Positions 9,603-18,917 of a stretch of DNA of 64,000 nucleotides are shown piece after piece. Position 1 is the stretch's first letter, and each line of letters begins with the position of its first letter. Below the pieces are notes generated by a model. That model was not told the origin of the DNA. It did not search any database and saw only the letters and a list, made by a program, of their open reading frames with translations. The stretch is from Candidatus Doudnabacteria bacterium (GTDB taxonomy: Bacteria; Patescibacteriota; Doudnabacteria; UBA920). Made by a program: the position numbers and the translations under genes. The stretch is from contig CAWINB010000004.1 in the NCBI GenBank assembly GCA_963837465.1, forward strand, positions 650,853-714,852, read 5' to 3'.

Positions 9603-10079
9603 ATGAAAAAATCCTACAAATTTTTAATCGCGATAATAATTATCGGCTTGTTTGCTTACAGCCTGTACTTCGCGCTGACTTCCAAAAAACAGGTTGCCGC
9701 GCCGGTTGTGACCAGCCAAATAAGCGGGCCGACTTTAACCGTGCCTACGCAAAACGGGAGCAGTACCCAGGTTAGTGATATTACCAAAAATCCCCAGGCA
9801 GTTTTGGGCGACACCGATGTCATTGACCAGAACAGCGGCTACAGCATTGTTTATTTTAGCAAAGACCAAAGCTTTTTGATTACCATTCTTTCGGAGCCGG
9901 CGCAGGAAAACCGGGACGCGGCGGAACAGGAATTGCTCACCAAGCTGCAAGTCAGCCAATCCACGGCCTGCGATTTAAAAGTAGCGCTGACCGTGCCCGC
10001 GGATGTAGACGAAGCGTTATCCGGACAGGACTGGGGCTTAAGTTTTTGTCCCATAGGACAGACATTTCCGATTGAATAA
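9603..10079 (+). CDS. hypothetical secreted/membrane-anchored protein
   Basis: 158 aa with an N-terminal TM/signal sequence (KFLIAIIIIGLFAYSLYFAL). Confidence 0.4.
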   Translation: MKKSYKFLIAIIIIGLFAYSLYFALTSKKQVAAPVVTSQISGPTLTVPTQNGSSTQVSDITKNPQAVLGDTDVIDQNSGYSIVYFSKDQSFLITILSEPAQENRDAAEQELLTKLQVSQSTACDLKVALTVPADVDEALSGQDWGLSFCPIGQTFPIE

Positions 10080-10189
10080 GGTCGTAAAACCATCCCCTTG
10101 AAGGCTGCCTTCAAGGGGAATTTTGCCGCCTTGGATTTTTGTGCTATAATATTTTTATTAACGAAGTATTATCATCGAAATAAAAATAA

Positions 10190-11347
10190 ATGAATAAAAG
10201 AGCTATTGCCATTTTAGGCGTTATTTTTCTTCTTATTGTGGGCACTTTGGGTTTTTTGATTTACGCCAAATATTCGGGCGGCAAAGCAAAAACACCGGCT
10301 GCGCCGTCTTTATCCCAAACCGCTACTTCCACCAGCACGCCTAATTCAACTGCTTCCACCACACCGCCATCAACAAGTCAGGGCATCGGGCAACTGACAA
10401 CCGACCAGGTGGTTTCCCCCGCTTTGTTTTTTAACGACAGCGGCATAACTTATTTTGACAATCAGGGCAATTTGTACCAGTCAACCCTGCAAACCAGCAA
10501 CGGCCAGCTTGAGTTAACCGATAAAAAACAGCTGGATATTCCGGTTAAGGCCAACATTACCAAAATTTTATGGCCGCAAAAAGGCAACGATTTTATAGCG
10601 GAAATTACCGACCCGGCGACCCAAAAAATAAGCTGGAGTTATTTTAACAGCAACAGCGGGGCTTACACGGACTTGCCGCCTCAGGTTGAAAGCGTGGATT
10701 GGATGCCCGACGGAACCCGGATAGCCTACGTTTGGCTGGCTAACGGTAAAGCCAGTTTGAGCATGGGCAATCCCGACGCTACCAGCTACAAAACCCTGGC
10801 TCCCATGTGGGAAACAGACGACACTTTGAGCGTCTCCCCCGACGGCTCGCAGATTTTGTATTACGAAACCAACAATACGGGTTTGACCAACGCCATTAAC
10901 TCCGTCAGCATAGACGGCAAGGTTTGGAAAGGCTTGGTTAAAAGCGGCCAGAATTTTGGGGTTTTGTGGAGCCCGGACGGACAAAAATTTTTGTTTGGCA
11001 AAAAAGATCCGGCCACGCTGCAGTACCAGTTGTGGTATTACAACTTAACTTCCGGCGAAACGGAAAATCTCGGCCTGTTTACCACCGTGGATAAAGCAGT
11101 ATGGGCCGGCGACAGCAATATTATTTACGCCGCCGTGCCCAATTCAACTTCTCCGGCCCAGGGTAGTTTAACCAGCGATAGTTTTTACAGCCTTAACACT
11201 TCCACTTTGGCCAAGCAGCAGTACGGCGTTGGCGTAACTACGGCCATTGACGGCCAGGATTTGTTCTTAAACTCCAGCGGCAACGACTTATTTTTTAAGA
11301 ACGCGCAGGATGGGGGCCTTTACTATCTTGATTTAAGCCAGCAGTAG
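10190..11347 (+). CDS. membrane-anchored PD40/TolB-like beta-propeller repeat protein
   Basis: N-terminal TM. Repeats DWMPDGTRIAY, SVSPDGSQILYY and WSPDGQKFLF. An extended -10 (TGCTATAAT) lies about 40 bp upstream. Confidence 0.5.
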   Translation: MNKRAIAILGVIFLLIVGTLGFLIYAKYSGGKAKTPAAPSLSQTATSTSTPNSTASTTPPSTSQGIGQLTTDQVVSPALFFNDSGITYFDNQGNLYQSTLQTSNGQLELTDKKQLDIPVKANITKILWPQKGNDFIAEITDPATQKISWSYFNSNSGAYTDLPPQVESVDWMPDGTRIAYVWLANGKASLSMGNPDATSYKTLAPMWETDDTLSVSPDGSQILYYETNNTGLTNAINSVSIDGKVWKGLVKSGQNFGVLWSPDGQKFLFGKKDPATLQYQLWYYNLTSGETENLGLFTTVDKAVWAGDSNIIYAAVPNSTSPAQGSLTSDSFYSLNTSTLAKQQYGVGVTTAIDGQDLFLNSSGNDLFFKNAQDGGLYYLDLSQQ

Positions 11348-11381
11348 GTCTGGATTTTATATATTCAGGCAGCTCCAGGTT

Positions 11382-11488
11382 AATTTCAAATTTCCAATTA
11401 CAAATTTCAAATTAATGCCGAGTACCCAATTTTGAATTTGATTGTTGGGGTTTGGTTTGAAATTTGATATTTGCAATTTGGAATTTTT
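11382..11488. repeat. solo copy of the CAAATTTCAAAT inverted-repeat element (no internal gene)
   Basis: Arms AATTTCAAATTTCCAATTACAAATTTCAAATT and TTTGAAATTTGATATTTGCAATTTGGAATT are inverted. Same family as the flanks of the 4HB gene at 2357. Confidence 0.6.
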
Positions 11489-11495
11489 TATTTTT

Positions 11496-12815
11496 ATGCC
11501 TAAAACATCAACAATCTTCGTCTGTTCCAACTGCGGCCACAAGAGTCCCCGCTGGCAGGGCAAATGCCCAAATTGCGGGCAATGGAACACTTTGGAGGAA
11601 AAGCACGAAGCAAAAGCCGGAGGCCGGACTTACAAAGCTTCGCGGATTGTGGATTTGTCTTCCGTGGACGTTGACCAGCGGCCGAGAATAATAACCGGCA
11701 TTGGGGAGTTTGACGAGGTCTTGGGCGGCGGCATTGTGCCGGGCAGTTTGGTGCTCCTGGGCGGTGACCCCGGCATAGGAAAATCCACTTTGGCGCTGCA
11801 GCTTTGCATGAAGGTTAAAGACAGCGTGCTGTATGTTTCGGGCGAGGAGTCGGTTAGCCAGATTAAACTGCGGGCGACGCGGCTGGATAAAAACCACCAA
11901 CTGGGAGTTTTGGCGGAGACCGATTTAGCTGCCATTTTGGCCACAATCCAAAACCAGGATCCGGCGTTGGTAATTTTGGATTCCATCCAAACCATTTACT
12001 CGGCCGAAAGCAGCGGCGTGGCAGGCGGCGTGGCCCAGGTTACCGGCGCGGTACAGCAGGTTATGCGTCTGGCCAAGCAAAACCATATTTCTTTTTTGGT
12101 TATTGGCCATGTAACCAAGGAGGGATATTTGGCCGGGCCCAAGACTTTGGAGCATATGGTGGACACCGTTTTGTATCTGGAAGGAGAACGGTTTGCCAAT
12201 TTCAGGATTTTGCGCTGCGTTAAAAACCGCTTTGGCACCACCAACGAAGTCGGAGTGTTTGAAATGCAGGGGCAGGGGTTGGTGGAAGTAAAAAATCCCT
12301 CCCAACTGTTTTTGGGCGAGGAGCAGTTGCAGGCTTCGGGGAACGTGGTAACTTCGGTTATGGAGGGCAGCCGCGCCCTGCTTTTGGAAATTCAGGCGCT
12401 TACTTCAACTACCAGTTTTGGTTATCCCAAGCGCACTACTGCCGGGTTTGATGTCAATCGTTTACAGTTATTAACCGCCATTCTTTCCAAGCGCGCGGGA
12501 CTGAACCTGTCCAACCAGGATATTTACGTCAACGTGGTCGGCGGCATAAAAATAGACGAGCCAGCCGCGGATTTAGCCGTGGCGCTGGCCATTGTTTCCA
12601 GCCTCAAAGATTCCATAATGTCCGAGACCGTGGCCATAGGCGAACTCGGCCTCTCCGGCGAAGTCCGCTTTGTCCCCAACCTGGAAAAACGCATAAAAGA
12701 AGCCGAAAAACTCGGCTTTAAAAAAATAATCTGCCCGAAAACTAAATTAACATCGCAAAATAAAATTGAGGTGGCGCAGGTTAGGACTTTGGCGGAAGCG
12801 ATTGTGAAAATATAA
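11496..12815 (+). CDS. radA: DNA repair protein RadA/Sms
   Basis: N-terminal zinc finger CSNCGHKSPRWQGKCPNCGQWNT, Walker A GGDPGIGKST, KNRFG motif and a Lon-like C-terminal domain. Confidence 0.9.
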   Translation: MPKTSTIFVCSNCGHKSPRWQGKCPNCGQWNTLEEKHEAKAGGRTYKASRIVDLSSVDVDQRPRIITGIGEFDEVLGGGIVPGSLVLLGGDPGIGKSTLALQLCMKVKDSVLYVSGEESVSQIKLRATRLDKNHQLGVLAETDLAAILATIQNQDPALVILDSIQTIYSAESSGVAGGVAQVTGAVQQVMRLAKQNHISFLVIGHVTKEGYLAGPKTLEHMVDTVLYLEGERFANFRILRCVKNRFGTTNEVGVFEMQGQGLVEVKNPSQLFLGEEQLQASGNVVTSVMEGSRALLLEIQALTSTTSFGYPKRTTAGFDVNRLQLLTAILSKRAGLNLSNQDIYVNVVGGIKIDEPAADLAVALAIVSSLKDSIMSETVAIGELGLSGEVRFVPNLEKRIKEAEKLGFKKIICPKTKLTSQNKIEVAQVRTLAEAIVKI

Positions 12816-12825
12816 AAAAAGGGGG

Positions 12826-12860
12826 CATCAGGACTGGCCTAGTCCATCCGCCCCCGGCTT
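12826..12860. terminator. GC-rich hairpin (GGGGGC...GCCCCC with inner AGGACTGGCCTAGTCC) after radA
   Basis: Direct reading. No clear T-run, so it may be a bidirectional terminator or a structural element. Confidence 0.4.
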
Positions 12861-12998
12861 GCTGTAGCCAGAGCATTGTGGTTTGGTTCAGCAAGATCGA
12901 GAAACGAAATACGGTTCGTCAGCCTAATGCTCGCTCAATCATGGGGCGAGGCGGGCAAGATGATTGAGAAAAGTTGGCGATCGACATTTCGCGTCTTG

Positions 12999-13232
12999 TT
13001 AGTCAACAGGTAATTCCTTTTGTTGGGCAACCCACTGCCCAACTGTTTGAGTAGCCGGAAAAAGAGGTATCTGGGAAAGAACCGTAGGTAAATTGCCTTT
13101 GTGTTTGCGCACCCATGATGCGACGATCATGAGTTGCTCATTTCTGGGAATTCCCCAGAAAAATTTTCCCCTACTATCCCAGCAGGGAAATGCTTGCGAT
13201 TCATCGTCGGCGTGTAACATGCTGGTAAACAT
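12999..13232 (-). CDS. small hypothetical protein (77 aa) downstream of recG
   Basis: Strong SD AAAAGGAGAG 6 nt before the ATG (minus strand). No homology recognised. Confidence 0.4.
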   Translation of the reverse strand: MFTSMLHADDESQAFPCWDSRGKFFWGIPRNEQLMIVASWVRKHKGNLPTVLSQIPLFPATQTVGQWVAQQKELPVD

Positions 13233-13338
13233 TGAACTCTCCTTTTAAAATATCCTAAAAGCCTACTGTTGATTATATTTGGCCTCCTCCGAATATTTAG
13301 CGATATTATGGCAGAAGGTTTATAAAAAAGCAAATCTA

Positions 13339-15393
13339 TCATTCAAAATGTACCACTTTATCTTTTATTTTGTCTTGTAGTAAAGGATATTTTTGTAAAT
13401 TTAGATCATCTTTTAACAGCTTTACAGCTTCCTGGCGGGCTGGTTCTATTAAGGCTGTGTAGCTTGGGTCAAAGTATTTAAAGTTCCAGCCGGCTTGGGC
13501 TTGGCCGTAGATTTCGCCGAAGCCGCGGGTTTTTAGGTCGGCTTCGGCCAGGGCAAAACCATCCTGGATTTTGGTAAAGGATGTTAGGCGGTTTATAGTG
13601 TCAGGGTTTTGGTTGTCTGTAAACAGAAAGCAAAAGCTTTGGTGCTCGGCCCGGCCCACGCGGCCGCGGAACTGGTGGAGCTGGGACAGGCCAAAACGGT
13701 CGGCGCCTTCAATCAACATAACCGAGGCGTTGGGTATGTCCACGCCTACTTCCACCACTGAGGTTGAAACTAAAATATTAATTTTATTGGCCAGGAAATC
13801 GGCCATGACGCTTTCTTTTTCTTTGGATTTCATCCGGCCGTGGAGCAGTCCGATGTTAAACCGCGGGAATATTTTTTTCAGGCTTTCCAGTTCTTTTTTG
13901 GCGGATTTGGTTTCCAATACCGCCGATTGCTCCACCAGCGGCGTAATCACAAAAGCCTGTCTGCCCAAAAGCAGTTGTTTTTTTACAAACTCGTAAGCCT
14001 GGCCGCGGTTTTGGGCCAGGACCAGTTTTGTCAGAATGGGTTTTCTGCCCACCGGCTTGGTTTTAATCTGGGAAATTTCCAGTTCGCCAAAAAAAGCCAG
14101 CTGCAGCGTGCGGGGTATGGGCGTGGCCGATAACGAAAGCAGGTGCGGGACTATTTTAGCGTTTTGCATTAACGCCGCCCGCTGCTCCACGCCAAAACGG
14201 TGCTGCTCGTCTATAATTACAAGAGCCGGATTTTTAAATTTGATATTTTTTTGCAGCAAAGCGTGGGTGCCTATGTAGATTCCCGGCATACCTTGGCTTA
14301 TGAGCATTTGCAATTTATCCTTGCTTAAGGATTCGTCGCCTATCTGGTTATAATTTTGAGTCAGCAGTATGATTTTAAGATTTTGACGGCCCTGGGAACC
14401 GGGCAAAAGTTTTTTTGCCACTTCAAAATGCTGGCGGGCCAAAATTTCCGTGGGCGCCAGAAAAACGGCCTGAAGATTCTGGCTGGCCGCTTCTAAAGAC
14501 GCGATTAAAGCCACCACGGTTTTGCCGCTGCCCACATCCCCCTGCAGCAGCCGGTTCATTGGCACGGGTTTTTCCAAATCCCGCAAAATATCCCAGGCCG
14601 CTTTTTTTTGCTCCACGGTAAGTTTAAAAGGCAGACTATCTACAAATTTTTTTACCAATACTTGGTCAAATTTTACAATATGGGATTTCTTGCGGGCCAG
14701 CTCCATTTTATGCCTTTGCGCCGCCAGCTGGCTTAAAAATATTTCTTCAAAAGCCAGACGTTTTTTCGCGGCCGCTAAAACCTGCTCGCTTTCCGGAAAG
14801 TGGGATTGGCGGATGGTTTGGCTTATATCCATCAGGCCTTGATTTTTTATTACGGCCGCGGGCAATTCGTCCGTCACTTCCCCGGCCAGCGGCAAAATAT
14901 TGGCTACCAGGTTGCGGAAAGTTTTTGGGTACAATCCTTGTTTGAGATGATACAGCGGGACCAAACGCGAGGTGTGCACCGGGAAATCGGCGGCTTTTTC
15001 GTAAATCGGGTTGGTAAGCTGCAGGGAAAAATTGTAATAGTCGGGCTGTCCGGCCAAAAATATTTCATCGCCGGTTTTTAAGCTTTGGGCCAGATACGGC
15101 TGGTTGAACCAGACCACCTTTAAAGATCCGGTTTCATCGCTGACTATGGCTTCAGCCAAAGACATCCGTCCCTTAAAGGAAAAACGGCTGCCGATGCTTT
15201 TAATTTGTACTTTCAGGCTGACGCTTTCGCCGGGCCTGATAGCTTTAATATTAACTACTTTGCTAAAATCCAAATAGCGGTAGGGGAAATACAGCAACAA
15301 ATCCCGGACCGTTAAAATTCCGAGTTTTTTTAAAGCCGCTAATTGCGGCTTTTGAAGTCTGGGCAGGTTTTCGATTGTGTCCGTAAGCTTCAT
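13339..15393 (-). CDS. recG: ATP-dependent DNA helicase RecG
   Basis: Motifs DVGSGKTVVAL, DEQHRFGV, SATPIPRTL and the wedge/OB region. The likely start is MKLTDTIENL at 15393; the ORF track extends to 15483, which would overlap the tRNA. Confidence 0.85.
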   Translation of the reverse strand: MKLTDTIENLPRLQKPQLAALKKLGILTVRDLLLYFPYRYLDFSKVVNIKAIRPGESVSLKVQIKSIGSRFSFKGRMSLAEAIVSDETGSLKVVWFNQPYLAQSLKTGDEIFLAGQPDYYNFSLQLTNPIYEKAADFPVHTSRLVPLYHLKQGLYPKTFRNLVANILPLAGEVTDELPAAVIKNQGLMDISQTIRQSHFPESEQVLAAAKKRLAFEEIFLSQLAAQRHKMELARKKSHIVKFDQVLVKKFVDSLPFKLTVEQKKAAWDILRDLEKPVPMNRLLQGDVGSGKTVVALIASLEAASQNLQAVFLAPTEILARQHFEVAKKLLPGSQGRQNLKIILLTQNYNQIGDESLSKDKLQMLISQGMPGIYIGTHALLQKNIKFKNPALVIIDEQHRFGVEQRAALMQNAKIVPHLLSLSATPIPRTLQLAFFGELEISQIKTKPVGRKPILTKLVLAQNRGQAYEFVKKQLLLGRQAFVITPLVEQSAVLETKSAKKELESLKKIFPRFNIGLLHGRMKSKEKESVMADFLANKINILVSTSVVEVGVDIPNASVMLIEGADRFGLSQLHQFRGRVGRAEHQSFCFLFTDNQNPDTINRLTSFTKIQDGFALAEADLKTRGFGEIYGQAQAGWNFKYFDPSYTALIEPARQEAVKLLKDDLNLQKYPLLQDKIKDKVVHFE

Positions 15394-15475
15394 AAATCCG
15401 TCAGTTTGACAGCCCTCCGCAGTCATCCGCTGCCGCGGATTCCGGCGCGGGACACGTTTTCGCGAAGCGAAAACG

Positions 15476-15552
15476 TGGTGCACCCGGCAGGGATCGAACC
15501 TGCGGCCTTTCCCTTCGGAGGGGAACGCTCTAATCCACTGAGCTACGGATGC
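15476..15552 (-). tRNA. tRNA-Arg (anticodon CCG)
   Basis: Cloverleaf folded by hand: acceptor GCATCCG/CGGGTGC, anticodon loop CTCCGAA, T-loop GGTTCGATCC and a 3' CCA. Confidence 0.85.
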
Positions 15553-15564
15553 TTAATATTCCAC

Positions 15565-15670
15565 AGATCACGGATAAGCACAGATTCACAGATTGATTAT
15601 CCGCTTAGTAGTATTGTTGGAAGAATTTAAATTATCAGATAAATAATCTGCGTATCTGTGTCAATCTGTG
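15565..15670. repeat. about 40-bp imperfect inverted repeat (CCACAGATCAC...CACAGATTCACAGATTGA / TCTGTGTCAATCTGTGATCTGTGG)
   Basis: Direct reading. Lies between tRNA-Arg and the downstream membrane-protein gene. Confidence 0.7.
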
Positions 15671-15681
15671 ATCTGTGGACA

Positions 15682-16152
15682 TTAAAATTTAAACCTATGC
15701 GTAATCTTTTGTGCCGGGGTTTCCTGGGTTTCGTGGTGTTCGGGCAGCCGGCGCGCAAGGTAATCCCGGATAGTATCCGGGTTTTGGTCTTCAAGTTCCA
15801 AAATCAGGGTATTGTTAACCAAGGCTGATGTGTGGAAATTTATGGTTTGGTGTCTTTCGTTGTGCACCACCCAGAAATATTTTAACTGTTTGTAGGGGTA
15901 AAATAAATTGCCGAATTTTATGCCACGGTCGTTAAGCTCTATGGTTACCACCCGCGGAATTTGCCGGGAGAACACAATAATTAAAAGGCAGATAATTCCC
16001 AGTGTGACGGAGGCGAAAAGATCGCTTTCCACTATGGCAAAAAAGGCAATCAGCAAAATAAAAACACAAATCAGCGTAACGTACCACCCTATGTTTTTGG
16101 GATAATGCTTAAACTCCGGAGCTTGCCAGGAAATATTGGCTGGGTTAGACAT
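15682..16152 (-). CDS. hypothetical small membrane protein
   Basis: 156 aa with two TM helices near the N-terminus. Confidence 0.4.
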   Translation of the reverse strand: MSNPANISWQAPEFKHYPKNIGWYVTLICVFILLIAFFAIVESDLFASVTLGIICLLIIVFSRQIPRVVTIELNDRGIKFGNLFYPYKQLKYFWVVHNERHQTINFHTSALVNNTLILELEDQNPDTIRDYLARRLPEHHETQETPAQKITHRFKF

Positions 16153-16356
16153 ATTGGCTTGAATTGATTAAAATGTATTGAGAAACCGTATAAAAAGTCC
16201 ATTCCGGCTGAAATCCCGTAATTTCGGCCGTTGTCATAAAAATTTTATCGGCTTGGCTTTAGGCTGAACCTTAAAAATTATTTATGCCAACCGCCACGAA
16301 ATTCTGAAATTTCATCACTAAAGCAACTTTCTGTACCGTTTCCAAGTATTTATCAC

Positions 16357-16448
16357 GGAGAGGTCGCATAGTGGTTTAGTGCACCGGTCTTGAAAACCGG
16401 CAGTAGCTTTATAAGCTCTCGAGGGTTCGAATCCCTCCCTCTCCGCCA
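16357..16448 (+). tRNA. tRNA-Ser (anticodon TGA)
   Basis: GGAGAGG acceptor, anticodon loop CTTGAAA, long variable arm, GGTTCGAATCC and CCA. Confidence 0.85.
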
Positions 16449-16528
16449 GGTTTGGCAAATAAGCCGCTTAAGCCGTTTAAAAGAAATACCGCGCAAATTT
16501 ATTATAACATAAGTTTTATTAAGACAAA

Positions 16529-16561
16529 AACAGCCTTTCTCTAGAAAAGGCTGTTTTGTAT
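16529..16561. terminator. rho-independent terminator AAAAACAGCCTTTCTCTAGAAAAGGCTGTTTTGTATT (bidirectional)
   Basis: Stem-loop with flanking A/T runs. Confidence 0.7.
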
Positions 16562-16670
16562 TCATTCACCCTAACGTTTTTAGGGCGTGGTGGTTATAGC
16601 CTCCACGGCCACTGCCATCATTAAATATATGGTGGAAATGGCAGCGGAGGCTATTTGGCTTGGAAACTGT

Positions 16671-17921
16671 TTAAGGATTAAATTGGGGGCTCGGACTTTC
16701 TAAAATAAACGAACCGGAATCCGAGTTGGGATCAAAATTTAAAACGGGACTGGTGCTGGATGTGCCATTTTTATCAACCGGCTGCGCGGCGTCGGTTTTA
16801 TCCGGTTTTTTGACGTCAGGATACGTGGAAGTGGCCGTAGAAGAAGCGCCGGTTAAGGACGTGCCCGGGACAGAGCCTGTCAAAACAAGTGTGGAGCCGG
16901 CGGTTGTTGAGGCCGAAGATGAAGCAATCTGGCTGGTAACCAGAATCTGCTCGGCAAGGATGGCATTTTTTTGCTGCGTGCCCACCACATTGGCCTGGTC
17001 GCCGGACGACAAATCTTTAATTTGCAAATTGTCGCCATTGGTATCCGTTATGGTTGTCTGGCTGTCAAGCTGAAATGTGGTTTTTTCCACTGTAATTTGA
17101 TCGGCCGAAACCTGGCTAATTTGTCCCAATACGGCTACGGCGGTGGAAGTGGAGTTTAAGTTGGTCAGAGTCTGGTCGCTGTCCGCCACGGCCACCGACT
17201 CCTTAATTTGGGACAATTGTTCGGAATTTTGTCCAAGAGTTTTTAAGGCATTGTTGGTGGCCGCCTGGATTTGGCTGTCCGGTTTTATTTGGGTAAGCAG
17301 GCTTTGCTGCTGCTTGGTAATGTTTTCCAGAGAATTTAAAAGAGGAGGGTTGCTTTGCGATTGCGGGTTGTTTTGGGCAACACTGCCTACAACAGCAACG
17401 GCGCTGCTGGTTTGGCTCGTGAGTTCATTAAGCGCCGCGTTCTTTTCATCCGCCGGGCTTTGGGGATTGCTAAAAACCTCCTGGGCATCGCTTAAGCGGC
17501 TTTGCGCAATGGCAATCTGTAAATTTGCCCTGTTTTGGGCGCTGCCGGCAAAAGCCAGTTGTACCTGCTCGCCGATTTTTTTAACCGCGAATAAGGCCTG
17601 GCCGGGCAGCGAGCCGGCCGCGGCATAGCCGGTGGCGGCGAAAGCCGAGAATACTAAAATCAAACTTAAGCTGGCCGCGGCCAAGCGCGACATTGGCACC
17701 CAGTTCAACCAAAAACTTTTTGTTTTAGCCAGGGCGTATTTGCGGTTCACCATAGGCGTTGGCACAATATTTTTGGGAATTGATAAAAGACTATGGCTTA
17801 AATCCAACAGCGGCTCCAGCTCATTTTTATAATCGGCAAATTTAACCAGGACATCCTGCTGGGAATGCCCTTTTCTCATAAGCTCAATGGCTTGGTCGTA
17901 AATTTCTTCTATGCTGTTCAT
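16671..17921 (-). CDS. putative anti-sigma factor / membrane protein downstream of ECF sigma
   Basis: Lies 16 bp downstream of the sigma gene. Cytoplasmic N-domain, one TM (LAAASLSLILVFSAFAATGYAAA) and a long Q/S/T-rich extracytoplasmic region. Confidence 0.45.
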   Translation of the reverse strand: MNSIEEIYDQAIELMRKGHSQQDVLVKFADYKNELEPLLDLSHSLLSIPKNIVPTPMVNRKYALAKTKSFWLNWVPMSRLAAASLSLILVFSAFAATGYAAAGSLPGQALFAVKKIGEQVQLAFAGSAQNRANLQIAIAQSRLSDAQEVFSNPQSPADEKNAALNELTSQTSSAVAVVGSVAQNNPQSQSNPPLLNSLENITKQQQSLLTQIKPDSQIQAATNNALKTLGQNSEQLSQIKESVAVADSDQTLTNLNSTSTAVAVLGQISQVSADQITVEKTTFQLDSQTTITDTNGDNLQIKDLSSGDQANVVGTQQKNAILAEQILVTSQIASSSASTTAGSTLVLTGSVPGTSLTGASSTATSTYPDVKKPDKTDAAQPVDKNGTSSTSPVLNFDPNSDSGSFILESPSPQFNP

Positions 17922-17937
17922 CTCTGGTAATTGACTA

Positions 17938-18528
17938 TTATTCGCGGTTGCCGGTCTTCTTTATTAATTCCTGGAGTTTTAAAATAGCGCGGTGCTGGAT
18001 TACCCTTATAGCGCCTTCTTTTTTATCCAAAGCCTGGGCGATTTCGGTGTTTTCCAGACCCTCGAAAAATTTTAATTTAATTACAGTTTGCTGCTCGGGG
18101 CCGAGCTCCTTCATCAACTTAAGCAAAGTTTTTTGCTGGTCTCGCAGGCTTAATACGTCAATAATATTGCTTTCGTACTCCAGGGTATTTTCCACATCTT
18201 CCAGGGCCACAGTAAATTTTTTCTGGCGGTAATAATCTATTACCAAATTCCTGGCAATTTGGTAAAGCCAGCCCTCAAACGAGCCGTCTTCGTTAATCCC
18301 GCTGATTTTGCCGAAGGCCTTTAAAAAAACTTCTTCGGCCAAGTCTTCGGCTATTTCTTTGTGGCCGACGCGGAAAAAAATAAACCGGTAAATCTTTTTA
18401 AAATAAAGATCATAAATTTCGCCAAAGGCTTCCTGGTTTCCCTGTTTGGCTCTGGCCAAAAGCCCAAGCAAAATATCATCTTTGCCTAAAGTGGGGGAAC
18501 TGATATTATAGACGGAAGTTGAGTCCAT
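17938..18528 (-). CDS. ECF-type RNA polymerase sigma-70 family factor
   Basis: Region 2 (YDLYFKKIYRFIFFRV...FEGWLYQIARNLVIDYYR) and region 4 HTH (TEIAQALDKKEGAIRVIQHRAILKL). Confidence 0.75.
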   Translation of the reverse strand: MDSTSVYNISSPTLGKDDILLGLLARAKQGNQEAFGEIYDLYFKKIYRFIFFRVGHKEIAEDLAEEVFLKAFGKISGINEDGSFEGWLYQIARNLVIDYYRQKKFTVALEDVENTLEYESNIIDVLSLRDQQKTLLKLMKELGPEQQTVIKLKFFEGLENTEIAQALDKKEGAIRVIQHRAILKLQELIKKTGNRE

Positions 18529-18776
18529 TTGTTACAGGTTGGTATTTATTAAACTATAAACGGCCAATTTCGGTGAAATCAGTAATAATTATACGATTTA
18601 TCGCGAGTTTTTGTTTCAAAGATGATGAGTATGAAAACACTACCGTAATTTTACCTGTAAAACCAAAAACCGCCAAATTGACTGTAGCCGGTTTTTTGGC
18701 TAAAATAGTTAGGATAATCTTAGCGGTGATTCCTGTAGGGGCTGGCCTTGGCCGCCCGTATTAAGTTTGAACATAT

Positions 18777-18868
18777 GGAGAGGTCGCATAGAGGCCTAGT
18801 GCGCTGGTTTGCTAAACCGGTAAAGGAGTCAAATCCTTTCGGGGGTTCGAATCCCCCCCTCTCCGCCA
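18777..18868 (+). tRNA. tRNA-Ser (anticodon GCT)
   Basis: GGAGAGG acceptor, anticodon loop TTGCTAA, long variable arm, GGTTCGAATCC and CCA. Confidence 0.85.
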
Positions 18869-18917
18869 GAAAATTTTATTTTGAAAAATCCAACGACCAT
18901 ATTTTGTGATCAGATAT

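Noticed and set aside
12826-12998. tmRNA, RNase P RNA or SRP RNA in the radA-recG gap
   Set aside because: No tRNA-like 3' end (GGTTCGAnTCC...CCA), no P4/GGU-motif RNase P signatures and no SRP domain IV consensus could be found by eye.
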